Below are positions 20,130 to 32,489 of a DNA stretch of 64,000 nt, one piece after another (the stretch's first letter is position 1; every line of letters begins with the position of its first letter). Under the pieces are notes generated by a model. It was given only the letters and a program-made list of their open reading frames with translations. It had not been told where the DNA came from and searched no databases. Source of the stretch: Amoebophrya sp. A120 (taxonomy: Eukaryota; Protista; Dinoflagellata); assembly GCA_905178155.1 (NCBI GenBank), contig CAJINV010000001.1:13842664-13906663 (forward strand). The letters run 5' to 3'. The position numbers and the translations under genes are program-made.

Positions 20130-21110
20130 TGGCGAGCAGCGCTCGACCTTCTGCTGTGTGTTGGCTTTGTTTTGCGTATCGTTTCTATCTCAGCCGATGT
20201 GGCACGAAGATTTGACATTTGTTTGACGTTTGGACATTATACTACATTCAAATACGATTCAAGTTTCTCGAAGTAAAAGTACAGTTCCTAGAAAATTCAG
20301 ATACATAGTACAAAAAAGCGCTGCTCTGTTATATAAAAATTGCAGTTGATGAACGCGATGATTATGATATACAACAACCACTTGTAGAATATGATTTGGA
20401 TGGCGATGGACGCATACTAGCTTTAGTCGTTCGTTGAACATGTACACCACTGTTTGAATGCATACGGGAAAAAGAAAAGCAATACATAGTCATACCATTA
20501 CCGACGAGCTGCAGTACAGCACTTTTAGTAAAGGACATTTTGAAGATTTTCGAGCTCAAGACGAGCGGGCAGACGTGTACTTACTTCGCTTTACGAAAGT
20601 AAGAGATTGAGATGCATATTTTTGATTTGCTCGTTTAGGGAGCGGAGTGAAAGTTCTGCCGACCGTTTCGACAGCAAGTAAGGGCGTTGCAATAGATAAG
20701 TTGCAGAGAGAAAAGTGGAGCGGCTTGTTTCTCGAGGAGAGAGGAGCACGTGATTTTGATGAACTCAGTTGTGCGGCCAGCGTGGTTGCTGTCGATTTGT
20801 TTGCATTGCAGGACCTCATTCTTGAACACATTTTCGCTACCTCAATATCCCTTGCCCTTTTTTGTGTTTCCTAAACGAAAGAATTCAAGCGTACTTCTGC
20901 ATTTTTAATTAGGCACGACATAAAATATGTGGCCAGCTGCACGTGTGCCACTCTGCTAGTGGTGTAGCAAGAGGATGGTTTGCTATTACAACGGGAAAGT
21001 TGCTTCCGTGTCGGCAAAGATGCGTGTTGATGCTTTGTCAGCGGGAAAATGTTTGGCACAGCTTCTGTGCTCCGACTAGACCCCAAATTTTTAGCCGCGT
21101 CGGCGTGAAA

Positions 21111-24100
21111 ATGGGGGGTCACTGTGTCATACGGGCACCTGCAGGGCTGACGGCTTTGCTCCTGCATGCCGCCGCGCTATTCCTGCTGTGCTCTTTGTGC
21201 ATCAGGGTCTCTGTGGCTATCACCCTGGACCAGTGGCAAATTCGAGAACCGAATGGCGCACAGCGACTGGACGTACCGGGATACGGGAACCGCATTCTGT
21301 TCTCCTTCCGCATCGACAATCCGACGACACCGACCACGCCCGCAATCCCCAGTCCCCAAACGGTTCCAAGCTTGACGTTGCTCTCCCCCCCGGGGTACAC
21401 GTTTGACGTCGGCTGCACCCGAGACGTCCAGTACCAGCACCACCTGATTTTCGACGCGACGGCGCCCCCCGCCCCCGTCACCGACTACGCGTCCCTGTCC
21501 GTCAACGCCTCCGATGCGTCGGGGTGCGTGGGCAGTGTGGAGGCCGGGACGGGGCGTGGAAAGATGGAGCTGCAGCTGCTGGACACGCAGCTGGCGATCA
21601 ACAAAATTTACCCTTTCGCCGTCCGGGTAACCAACCCGCTCCAGGACTACACGCCGACCGATAGCACCACCGCGAGCTACAACGAATGGAGCCTGTTTCT
21701 CGGGGGAACATCAAATTTCAACGCGTCGATCACAGCGTTTCCGCTCCGCCGGTTCACGAATCCAAAGGTACGGCTATCACAACGGAACCGGTCCCCCACG
21801 TGCTTGAACCCGACGGTCACGTGCCCCGTGTTAAACATCGACAACTACGACACCGGGGTCAGCTGTCTCCGCAGCGGGTGCGTCGAGGCGGCCCAGGTGG
21901 CGCTGGAGTTCGGGGCCTTCGCGGCCATCCCGGTGGGCGGGCGGTTGGAGGTGCAGCTTCCGCTGTACCACTCCGTCTCCCCCTACACCACTTGCGAGGC
22001 CTGGAAATTGCCGAAGAACGCGGACACCTGGATTCCCTGGTTGCCGAAGGATCTGCTGTGCACGGTGCTGCCCGACCTGAAGTCCATCACGATGGACTTC
22101 ACCGACAAAACGCAGATGTACTTGGAACCGGAGAGCTTCACCTACCGCTTCGAGTTCACGATCCTGCTGCCCGACGGCAACACGCACAAGGTCAGCAACC
22201 CGGCGCAGTACTACTTCTGGATTTTCGGGTACAACCCCAGCGCTGGGTTCGCGCCCTACGCAGATTCCATCGCGTACGGGGTGCAGGTACTGCGCACCGG
22301 GCCCGGCGAGTCGAGCAGCCGCGAGGCCGTGCTGGCGAGCACCGTGCCGCCGGAAACAAACGACCCACTGTTCGCGTTCTCCGGGGGCACGGGCATTCGC
22401 ACGCTCTCGAATTCTCTGTTTTCGCTGACCCCGCTGCCCCAAAACCCCTACCCCACGCAGGGGGTTCGCGTCGGCAGCCTGTCCCTGCACGACGCCTCGG
22501 ACTTCTTCGAGGTCGCCGCGCAGTCCACCGCCGGGCCGGGGCGGTTCACGCTCGGCGGAGAACCTTTGGTGATCTACTTCTTGATTCGGTTTCGCTTGGA
22601 AATCTTCCCGGGCACCCGGGTCCACCTTAGCGGGCCACTTGGCTACGATTTCTCCGCGTTCTGCACTTCGCTGGTGACCGTGATGATGGTCGACAATCTC
22701 TGGACCGACCAGGGGGCACCGGACGGTTGGGACTGCGCCGCCAGCAGAACCGAGATGGTGCTCACACGGACGGGGTATGTCGAGTTTCTCGGGCAGACGC
22801 CACTGAACCTGAAGGTGGTAGCAGCTAATCCAATGGTAGTGGAAGCCTGGAACAAGCTCGACAACTTCTGGGAACTCAGAGTTTTAGGTATAGGATAAAG
22901 TTTGGTCGTAAATCTACTAAATTTCTTATGCGCAAGCGAGTTTACTTCAGGTGCAGCAGTATTTGTATTAGAGACTCATCAAAAAATCCAACAGGCTCGT
23001 CGACGACAACCACGACCACGACAACGCCGCAGGATTGCCGGGGCTCGTGGTCAGGCTACGGCGCGCCCTTCGAGGGCACTTGGTCCGAAGGCAATTGCAC
23101 GGACCAGCTGCAGACGCGCGAGTTCACGGTGACGACGCCAGCAACTGCCGGGGGCAAAGACTGCGCGCACAGCAACGGCGCCGTGGATTCGCTTCCCTGC
23201 GCCGAGCGGAACGACGCCAATTGCACGGGGAAATTCGGTCCCTTTGACATCTGCGCGAACGGCTTGAAGCGTGCCGTGTACGGCGTCATTGCGGAGGCCA
23301 ATTCCGGCTGTCCGCACATCAGTGGGCATACGGTGACCCACTCCTGCGGCCAGAACTGCGTCGGGGGCTGGACACAGTACAGCGAATGCACGCGGAAGCC
23401 GGACGCCCTGTGCTTCTTCGGCTACCTGATCGACCCGCACACGGGGACCACGCCCATACACTACTCCGCCGTGGACTCCTTTCTCTACCACGAGTTGCTG
23501 TACAGCAACCGCAGCTACCCGGCCACGTTTCTCCGCAAGCCGTATGCCAGCCTGATGGACTACGAAGTGAACATGACCGGCGCCATCGGGTACAATCTGA
23601 ACGCTTGCCCCACCAGCGCGGCCCAGGCCAAAACCTTCGTCGATGCGGGACAGACGGGGCAACTCGTCAACGTCGTTCTCCAAGCAGAGCAATATAGGTA
23701 GAGAAGTGGAAATCTACTTGATTTGCATCTGCAAAAGGATAAAGAAACAGCACAACTCGCTCGTTATTGATTGAGTTCTGTGCTGTGGGAATGGCTATTT
23801 CCTCTGTTCGTCATACAGCTAGCCTTCTCCGAGCGGTTCAATTTCAAACTGAAAAAATCACTCAGGTACTTCGCTGTGAAAACGCGGCCATCGGACGGAG
23901 GGAAAGCTTGCGCCTTCACGCCGAACCAGATACAAACTATCGCGTGCACCGTGCAGTACTCTTCGCCGAACAGCACCACAACTACGACCACCAGCACCCC
24001 CTGCAACTGCGTGTACACACCCGGATGCAACAGTACGACCAGTACCGTCTGCGGGGCCAACTACGAAACATACGACAATCACTGCGCCGCAGCGGCTGCC

Positions 24101-27100
24101 GGGCACAGCGTGACGTTTCCGGGCGCCTGTGGGACGGGGCGCAACGTGATTCTGGAAGCCAAGTCGTTTCTCAGCTACGACATCATCCCCCAATTCCAGC
24201 AACCGGTGGTGCGTTTGACTGGTTTGAAGCGCGGCGCGGGGGTCAAGACAAAACTAGAATTTGAGTTCTACGCGCTCTCCCCGGCCAACACGCTCTACCT
24301 GTTCAGCGAACCGCAACTGGATTTGGCGGCCATCTCCTTCGCGGAAGTCGAAACCTACCACCCGCTGACGGGGGAAAGAAAGTACGAGGTCCGTACTCCC
24401 TTCGGGTATGATGCGGAGCTCGCCTACCCGTACAACCCGCTCGTGGTGGGTATTATGGCGGTGAACGCGATCACGATCCCAGGGAACTACAGTCGCACGT
24501 TCTTCCGGTTAGTAGACCTGGTTTTTCCCGTCGGCACGCAGAGCGTCCGCTACACCATCCGGAGTTTCACGGCCCGCACGCTGCGCGACGAGATGTTCTT
24601 TGAGGGGTTCACGCTTCCAGGGGGGATCAACGTGTACGATGTTTGGATGCGCGGGGCGTGGTGGCAGAAGCCGCCCTCGAGCTTGCGCTCGCAGTACATG
24701 CTTCCGCGCGTGAACGCGCGGCCGGGGCGGGCAAAAGTCGAGTTTTCCGTTGCGAACCCGAACACGAACTTCCTGGAAATTCGTTCCGGCAGCGAGATAC
24801 AGTTCGCACCCGTCGATGTCTGCCTCTACGAGAAGGGCACTGGATTGCTGGTGCCGTTGAAGTCCGTTCATGTCTACCAGGCCGCGAACTTGGACACGCC
24901 CGGAAAAATGGACGACATCCTGCACCTGGAGCTCGGCGAGCGCGGCGACACATCCACGAACCACGGCGCGGAGTTCGGGACACCAGGCACCCTGGTGTAC
25001 TTGGACCTGCAGGGCCACCTGCACGATGGAGCGACGGTGACCACGAATCTGCAAACCAACAAGGCCGCCGCGGCTGCAGCAGCGGGTACAGCCACAACAC
25101 CCGGGGCAGCTTCACTCGTCACGACATCTACCGGAGAACAACAAATGATAACCACGAGCACGACGTCGTCCACTATCGTCCCCCAGACGCCGAAGCTCCT
25201 CTTCTTCAATGAGTCGATTTCCCTCGCGCACAACCCCGCGACGTTTCCCATTCTGCGCGGGCAGCCCACCATCAACTTCGACCAGCTCCGCATCCCGATC
25301 GCGCAGGCCATGCCGGGCATGCTGCAGCTGCCCGCCCCGCAGGTGAACCCGGACTTTGTCGGGTTCGTCGCCGCCCTCGACGCGAACACGGGCGCCGCGC
25401 GCAGGTCGCTAACCACAGCATCATCAACAGCCGCCAGTACAACAGCAGCGACCCCGTCCGGAATGCTGCGGGTGGTCGCGAAGATGGAGTTCGACGTCAT
25501 TTTCCAAACGTACACCGACTGCTTTCCGAACTGGAAAATGCCGGACAGCCTCGTTGCCGTGACCCCGGTGCCGAAGGCCGTGCCGCCGGGGTTCGTCACG
25601 TCGACAACCACCACCACGACCACCTCCACCACGACCTACCTCCTGAACAACGCACCGCAGATCAGCTTCTCCTTCACGCCGTTCCAAACCGTGTTGACTA
25701 GTGCGATCGCGCGCAGCCTGTTCTGCGACAACGGAAACTACCACCTGTTTGGGTCCTACGACAAGTACTGGTCCAACGCGGACATGGCGCCGAACTGCGC
25801 GAACAAGGCACAGTACGTGTGGCAGTCGCCGCGGATCCGGGTGCTGGAAATGCGCCCGGGGCGGTACGACGACTTTGGGCACCCGCAGCCCGTGGAGTAC
25901 GACCTGTACCCGAACACCGTCGTGGGGGGCGGCTGGCAGCCCGGTGCGCTGTCCGGCAGCACGCCAAACCCCTACAGCCCCGGACTGGACGGGCCGGAGG
26001 AGTGCAAGACGCTCTGCTCCGCGCACCGGAACTGCACCATGTTCCAGTTCTTCAAGCCGGACAAAAACTGCCACTTCCGCTTCACGGATGCGCCCTGGGC
26101 GCCGACGCTCCAGATCGGGAACGACATCAATAGCTACGCGCAGCGCGGCCTGACCGTGTTCTTCGAGATCACGAAAAACGTCAGCGGCATGGAGGTGTCC
26201 GCACCGGAGCTGTACGCGCGCTTGCAGACGCGGCTGCAGAACCCGCGATCGGACTTCGTGCACGACCCCGACTTCTACCCCTTTTCGCAGCGGGTCAGCA
26301 GTCTGGTCACCGTGAAGGACGACGGCACCATCGTGCCCGCGGAAGTTGCGGCCGTGACCAGCACGACTAGTACCACGACGACGACCAGCACCACCACGTC
26401 GACCACGTGTGTGTACGCGGATCCGAACGACACCAACAGCACGATGGATTGCATTGGCGATGTACCAATACTGCCGACGAACGCGACGGCCGCGTTTCAA
26501 GAAAACGCAAATTTCACGCAGCCATGGTGGGGGAAGGACACCAGTAGCTACTTGGTGTACCGCCAGGATCTCGTGTGCCCGTCGCGCGTCGAGACGTTTG
26601 GGTTTGGAAACTACATTTTCTACAGCGACTTGCAGACGTACGGGCGGGCGCTTAGCATTCCGACGCCCCACGGGATTCTAGATCGGAAATTCGTGAACAT
26701 GAGCTACGCGTCGCCGAAGATCGCAGGGTCGACAAAACACACCTTGCAGCCGAACACGCGGTACGTTGCGGATTTCTTCATCCGCAGCCCCCAAACGGGC
26801 ACGCCGACCGAACCGTTCTCGCAAACGAAATGGGCGCTGGACACGTGGATCGACCCGAGCTTCAGTCCCACCGACCCGCAGAACATGGCGACCGGGGCGC
26901 TGCCGATCAACACGAACGATTTCCTCGATACCGGGCCGGGCGGAATTGGCGACTTGGACGCAGACAACTTCACCGAGAAAGTCACCACGGGGCACTCCCC
27001 GCCGTCGGCCTTGCTTACCATTCAACTTACCGTGCGCCCGTCGCGGTTGGGCAAGAAGTACATCCTGTACGCCGCCGAAAACTTCACGTTCGCGTCGAAT

Positions 27101-29815
27101 TTGCAGGTGCTCCAGATGCCCCAGCGGCACCCGCTGCCGACCAAGAATTTGGGGATGGCGCGGATGAGCCATTTGTACGTAAAAGAAAATGCGGTGATCA
27201 AAGCCTCCGACCCCACGGAATACTACAACAATTACCAGGTGGACACGGTGCTCCAGGGCCGGGACATGCGATTCCGGCCGAGGGACAGCCTGGAATTTAC
27301 CTGCCCGGGGGTGCGTTTGAACCCCGAGCCCGGGATCTTTCGGGACACGGATGACTGCATAGAGACCGACCCACTAAGTTTGGAGATGCAGGTGCACTCA
27401 CCCAGAAATTTGACGGCGATCACGACTTTCTTCTTCGAAAGTTACGACGGGAACGGGAACCTGTTGGCGTTTGGAGAAATCGAAGGTTTGTGAGTTTTGT
27501 ATACACTATATGCTTCTTTCTGAGAGTCTGGGTTGTGGTTGTGCTGGTTGTGCCTGTGCGCAGAGCCAGTATTTAGTGATGCTCATGCTTTTGGAAATTC
27601 GTTCTGAGTCGCCAAGGATTTTGTACTACGACCCTCAATTACAATTTTACCGATGACTCCACCTCCAGGTTTTTCCCTATCCTCCCTCGAGGCTGCGGTG
27701 ACTTTTCCGAAGATGGCAAGCATGTACCAGACCGTGGTGGGTGTGACCGTGAAAACTCGAACGGTTGTCCCGAAGCTGACCAAACTGCGCCTGAAAGCGC
27801 CCACCGGAATCTACCTCAGTTGCTACAACCTGGACGCCTTCTGGCGGTCCATCCGGACCTGCCAAAGTGCGAACGCGTGGCGCGATTTTTACATCATTCT
27901 GAACGAAACCGTTCCGGCGGGGGACACCATCAACATTGCCTCCGTCATCATGGGGCTGACCCCGGTGCACTTCTTCCCGCTGGACCGCACGTTTGACGTG
28001 TACTTGGAGAACGCGTACACCCGCGCCAACGTGGACGTGAAACACGACTTCTACGAGTCGGATGGCTTGCAGGTGGTGGAGTCTCTGTTCGTCGAACGCC
28101 CGTTCCCCCCGGGGTTACACGCGGTCGGAAACGACGTGATGCTCTACCTGCACTTTACGAGGACGTTGGGGTACAAGGTGACCCACATGGACATCGACTT
28201 CCCCGGGTTCTTGTTCCCGCCCTCCATCGATGCGCCGGAAGAAGAGGAAGCCACGGCGCCGCCAACGGCGGACTCCGTGGAGGTGACGACTTTGCCCCCG
28301 GCTATGGCGATGACCGCGCCCAACGCCACGAACGCCACGACTTCAGCATCAGCAGATGGCACTAGCAGTAGCGCTGGTAGTACTACTGCGTCAGCCACTG
28401 GAGCGGCGACAGGAGGCACGACCTCGACGAACGGCCAGATCTCCGCCGGAACCGACACAAGTAGTGCCGACGGTGCAGCAGGAGCTGGTACCAACGGCAA
28501 TGGAGCCACGACTACCGAAATCAGCACCACAACGTTCAATCCCTTCAATTACGATGCAGCAAATCCCCTCGTGTTCTACGAGAAGCAGATGATGCCAGTG
28601 GAGCTAGTGACCACGATGAACACTAAAGAGCTGAAGCGCGTCACGCTGCACATCAACCAGCCCATCGAGGAGGGGAGGTACGGGATCCGGGTCACCCTGC
28701 AGGGCAACTACTTCGAGCGTGCGCGGGGCAATCCGCGGGTGGATCGCGCCATTTACCTGCGGATGCACTTCAACAACAGCGAGTTTGCCACGTTTTTCTA
28801 CGGCGGCGGAGAGCGGTTGATGCCTTTCGAACTAGACCCGGAGTACAACGACCTGAACGATCCGCGCCCGTCGTTTAGCTCCGCGCATGGCCGCTGGTCC
28901 AAGTCATTTGAGGTGTTGTGGTTCGCCGTACTTGCTGCCTTGGCGCATTTGCTGCTCGGTTGCTCCTCTACTTCATCCGGAGATGTCGTCAGCACAAGCA
29001 GGACTTCTGCCGCTGCTAGAACAAGAGTTAGAGCAAACGGAGACCGCACTTTGGGAGCGTTAACAAAGGCAGAAGGTTTGAGCGCTTGGGGAAAAATTTC
29101 CCTCGCTGAATTCGCCTCGTTTCTTCTAGTGCTCCTTGGTGCGACGCATAGAGATGACGTGAAAGGCTGCAAAAGACTCCCGCAGGGCTCCGACGATGAT
29201 GAGCAACCCCCCGCCACAGAGTTCGAGGGTGATGGCGGCGAAGCAGATTGTGACCAATTGGTGGAAGGAGCAGAAGAAGTCGGTGACGTGAACGACTTAG
29301 AGGACCACGAAGCGCTGGCGGACCACAAGACGACTCCATCTTGTGAGTATCATGTCGAAAGAGAAATCGAAAGCGAGGCAAAAATCGAAGCCACGATAGG
29401 AGCCATGAAAATGAAAACGAGGCTTTTTTCTTTAACAGGGCAGAGTTCTTCTTCTTCATCGTCTTCTTCCAGGAGAAATTTCCTGCTTGCTCCCCGATCT
29501 GGAGACGATCCGCAGCATGGCGATGAAAATAGTGCACAAGGACCAACAAATAGATCAGCTGCCTCCACCCACAGTGATACGGACGACGGCTGTCCACAGG
29601 AGGAGCAGGCTGCAGGCGATGAGGCAGCGGGAGACGATGCACATCAGCAAAGCAGCAGAACTATTTTTCCAAAACCTTGTTTCTTGAAACCTGTACACTT
29701 TTGGCAACAAGTTCTTATAACGAGCTGCACAGCGGCGCAGTTCCAATTCTATCCGAGCAGGTCAAGGCGGAGGAAAAGAAAGAATCCGCTAAACCAACAC
29801 ATAGACCCAGGATGA
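21111..29815 (+). CDS. Large secreted/surface adhesin-like protein (~2,750 aa) with TSP1-like, Kazal and PAN/apple modules and Thr-rich linkers; exons 21111-22887, 22995-23697, 23866-27485, 27669-29815
   Basis: Hydrophobic signal peptide. DCRGSWSGYG, CTGKFGPFDIC and NCVGGWTQYSEC (TSP1-like). VCGANYETYDNHC...GAC (Kazal). EECKTLCSAHRNCTMFQF...C (PAN). Hydrophobic segment VLWFAVLAALAHLLLG. Three GT-AG introns join the ORFs with matching phases. Confidence 0.75.
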
Positions 29816-30499
29816 ACTCCAGTCGCGTCGTACGTTCTTTGCTACATCGCCACGCCGGTCCGATACGCAACATGCTTTTCATGCCGGGCATGAAGCATGT
29901 TGCTATCGGAGTGAACTGCACTTTTCCAGAATCTACTGAATCCTACTCAGCTTTCTTTTGAAGTACTTTTACACTACGCAATACAGAATGAAACAAACTA
30001 GCAGGTTCCGAGGGAGTTCCATCAGCACACCAGCTTGGATCCCCTTTCGCGAAACCGGAAAGGACTACGCGAAGCGAAGGCCGGAAAGAGACTATGATTG
30101 TTCTGCCCTTGCATCTGCTTATTTCGGTAAGACGCAACCCGAGCCTGGCCCCAATACATTCTTGTTCTATTTTTTTGCTGAGATGCTGCTACTCCTTTGT
30201 TTTTGTGGTTCATTTTGTTGGTGGAATTCCGCTCCTTGCCTGTGTTTTCGGCGGATCACATTAGTGGTCGGATGCTAACGTGAAAAACAAAATAAATCGA
30301 TCTCTCGCACGCATTCCATATGTGTCGCATGTTTTTTTTTTCAAATGTGGCTGACCTTCAGAGAGCACGGCATGGACACAGTCGCCGATTCATTAAACGC
30401 TTGATATGCATATCTTGCTCCTGTTTTTACAAACAAACTACGTCGTAAATAAGTACTTACTCACTTCAAACATTTCCATTTCGCTTCGCTGCCGCAACC

Positions 30500-31675
30500 A
30501 TGTCCGAGCCGCTCGCGTCAGTGGAGAGCCCTCTCCTTCTGGATTGGTTTCCGAAAGGAACGACGCAGCTCGATATTGCCGGACTGGGTAAAGACGGCGA
30601 GAAATTTTCCACCTCCGCCACGACATCAGCTGCGCTAAAGGTCAGGCTGCACCGAATAGCTACGTTTTGCGGGATGATCCTCGGTTTTCCGATTTATTGG
30701 ATCCTGGCCAGCATTTCGCTGACCGTCTACTGCTTGTTTTTCAGCACTTACTGGACGACCAAACTCGGCATGATTTTTTACATCGCGTTTATCTATTTCG
30801 ACGGGCCGCAGCGCATCCAGGGCACTGGGTACGACCAAAGGCTGACAAATTTTGTGACCCTCGCTAACAAGAGATTCGCGATTTGGAAAATCTGCATGGC
30901 CTACTACCCGATGCGCATTTACAAAACCAGCGAGGAGGTGGAAGACGCGGAGAAGCACCCGCGTTTGATGTTTGTCACGCACCCTCACGGAGTGTTTGGG
31001 ATCGCCACGCAGGGGAACTTGGGCACCTTTGGCTCCGGGGTAGACCGACTGTTTCCGAAAAGACCGGACTTGCCGGAAAGAATGCGGCTGATGGCGCTCG
31101 AGACACTGTTGTACTTACCCTTTGTGCGCGAATATTTCCTGCTTGGTGGGATCTACTCACCGAGTCGCGCGAGCTTCCGCCGCATTTTCGCCCGTGGCGA
31201 GTTCCCGGTTCTGAATCTGGGGGGCGCAGCGGAAAGTCTGGTCTATCAGGAGAATAACGAACTCAAAGTGATTTTGAAAAACCGAAAAGGCTTCGTCAAA
31301 GTCGCGCTGGAAAATGGCGCGAGTTTGGTCCCCTGTATCGCCTTCGAAGAAAACCAGGCGTTTCACGTGTTCCGACCGAACCCGAACTCCTTTGTGGGAA
31401 AGATGCAGAAGACGATGCAGAAAACCTTCAAGTTTGGCCTACCGCTGTTTTACGGAAACCTACTCCCGTTCCATCCCCGGAGGCATCCGCAGCCTCTGTA
31501 CATTGGTGCACCATTGGCCCCGGAGGCTCCCATTGAGAGCCCGACGCAGGCACAAATTGACGAAAAGCACACACAGTATGTACGCGCATTGCAAAAGTTG
31601 TTCGACGAGTACAAAGCGCACGCGGGACATCCTGACTGGGTGTTGAAGATTACCGATGATCAGGGTAGAGAGTAA
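30500..31675 (+). CDS. DGAT2: Diacylglycerol/monoacylglycerol O-acyltransferase, DGAT2/MOGAT family (391 aa)
   Basis: N-terminal TM segments, YYP, HPHG, GGAAE, RKGFVKVALENGASLVP and IGAP motifs. Confidence 0.9.
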   Translation: MSEPLASVESPLLLDWFPKGTTQLDIAGLGKDGEKFSTSATTSAALKVRLHRIATFCGMILGFPIYWILASISLTVYCLFFSTYWTTKLGMIFYIAFIYFDGPQRIQGTGYDQRLTNFVTLANKRFAIWKICMAYYPMRIYKTSEEVEDAEKHPRLMFVTHPHGVFGIATQGNLGTFGSGVDRLFPKRPDLPERMRLMALETLLYLPFVREYFLLGGIYSPSRASFRRIFARGEFPVLNLGGAAESLVYQENNELKVILKNRKGFVKVALENGASLVPCIAFEENQAFHVFRPNPNSFVGKMQKTMQKTFKFGLPLFYGNLLPFHPRRHPQPLYIGAPLAPEAPIESPTQAQIDEKHTQYVRALQKLFDEYKAHAGHPDWVLKITDDQGRE

Positions 31676-32489
31676 AACTTTTGCAGTGCATGTGTGCTGT
31701 GGGCGCAACATCTCTCCTGCAAAGTGATTTGTGCAAAAATTGTTCCTGTGCGTCGCAAAATGCGGGAAAAGCTTAGCATACCTGCTAGGGCACTAAAGCT
31801 AAGGGAAGCTCCTTTGTCGTACGATCTTTTCTCAGTTCCGGCAAGCACTAATTTTTGGTCGTGTCAAAATGTGTCTGGTCAAACTGTAATTTTTTCTCTA
31901 CAACAAGGCAGCTAGGGCTACCTCCAAGAAAAAAAAACATCACTGTTTTCGTACAGCTCAAACGTTGATTTCGTACAGCTCAGAGCTAACCTATTCGTGT
32001 GACGATCACCATCTTCTCTCCCGCCTTTCGTACGTCTTTTCGTTCAAAACCGTCTGGAATGATAAGACCATACTGTCCTCGTCACGGTCACAAAAAAAGT
32101 GGCCCTTCGTCCAAGTTCAGAACCCAATCGTCCCTCGGTAGTATTCGTGCATTGTCGTATGGCATCGTGTTTACATCTCGTAAAATAAAAAGGTAAAGTG
32201 AAAGTCTAGCTGTGTCTAAACCTAACTTGCGCAACAGTGACCATTATAGTCATAACCCGCATCGTGGAAGCAAAAGCTTCGTTCATGCGGACGCGACTAT
32301 TGTGTACTACACTAGTTAATCTCCTACAACTGTAGTTACTTGTCGTTGAACTTGACAACTTCACCGATTGCAATTGTTGTCGATCCATCTGATACTCCTT
32401 TTCATTTATGGTAATTGCTCGTCTTCCAGTGGTAGTTGTTTTTCTCTCTTAGGGCTAGCAGACAGCAGGGTCGGAGAGAGAAAACCACC

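Noticed and set aside
31947-31982. 14-bp direct repeat TTTCGTACAGCTCA upstream of the nocturnin-like gene
   Set aside because: Only two copies and not seen upstream of other genes. No support for a regulatory role.
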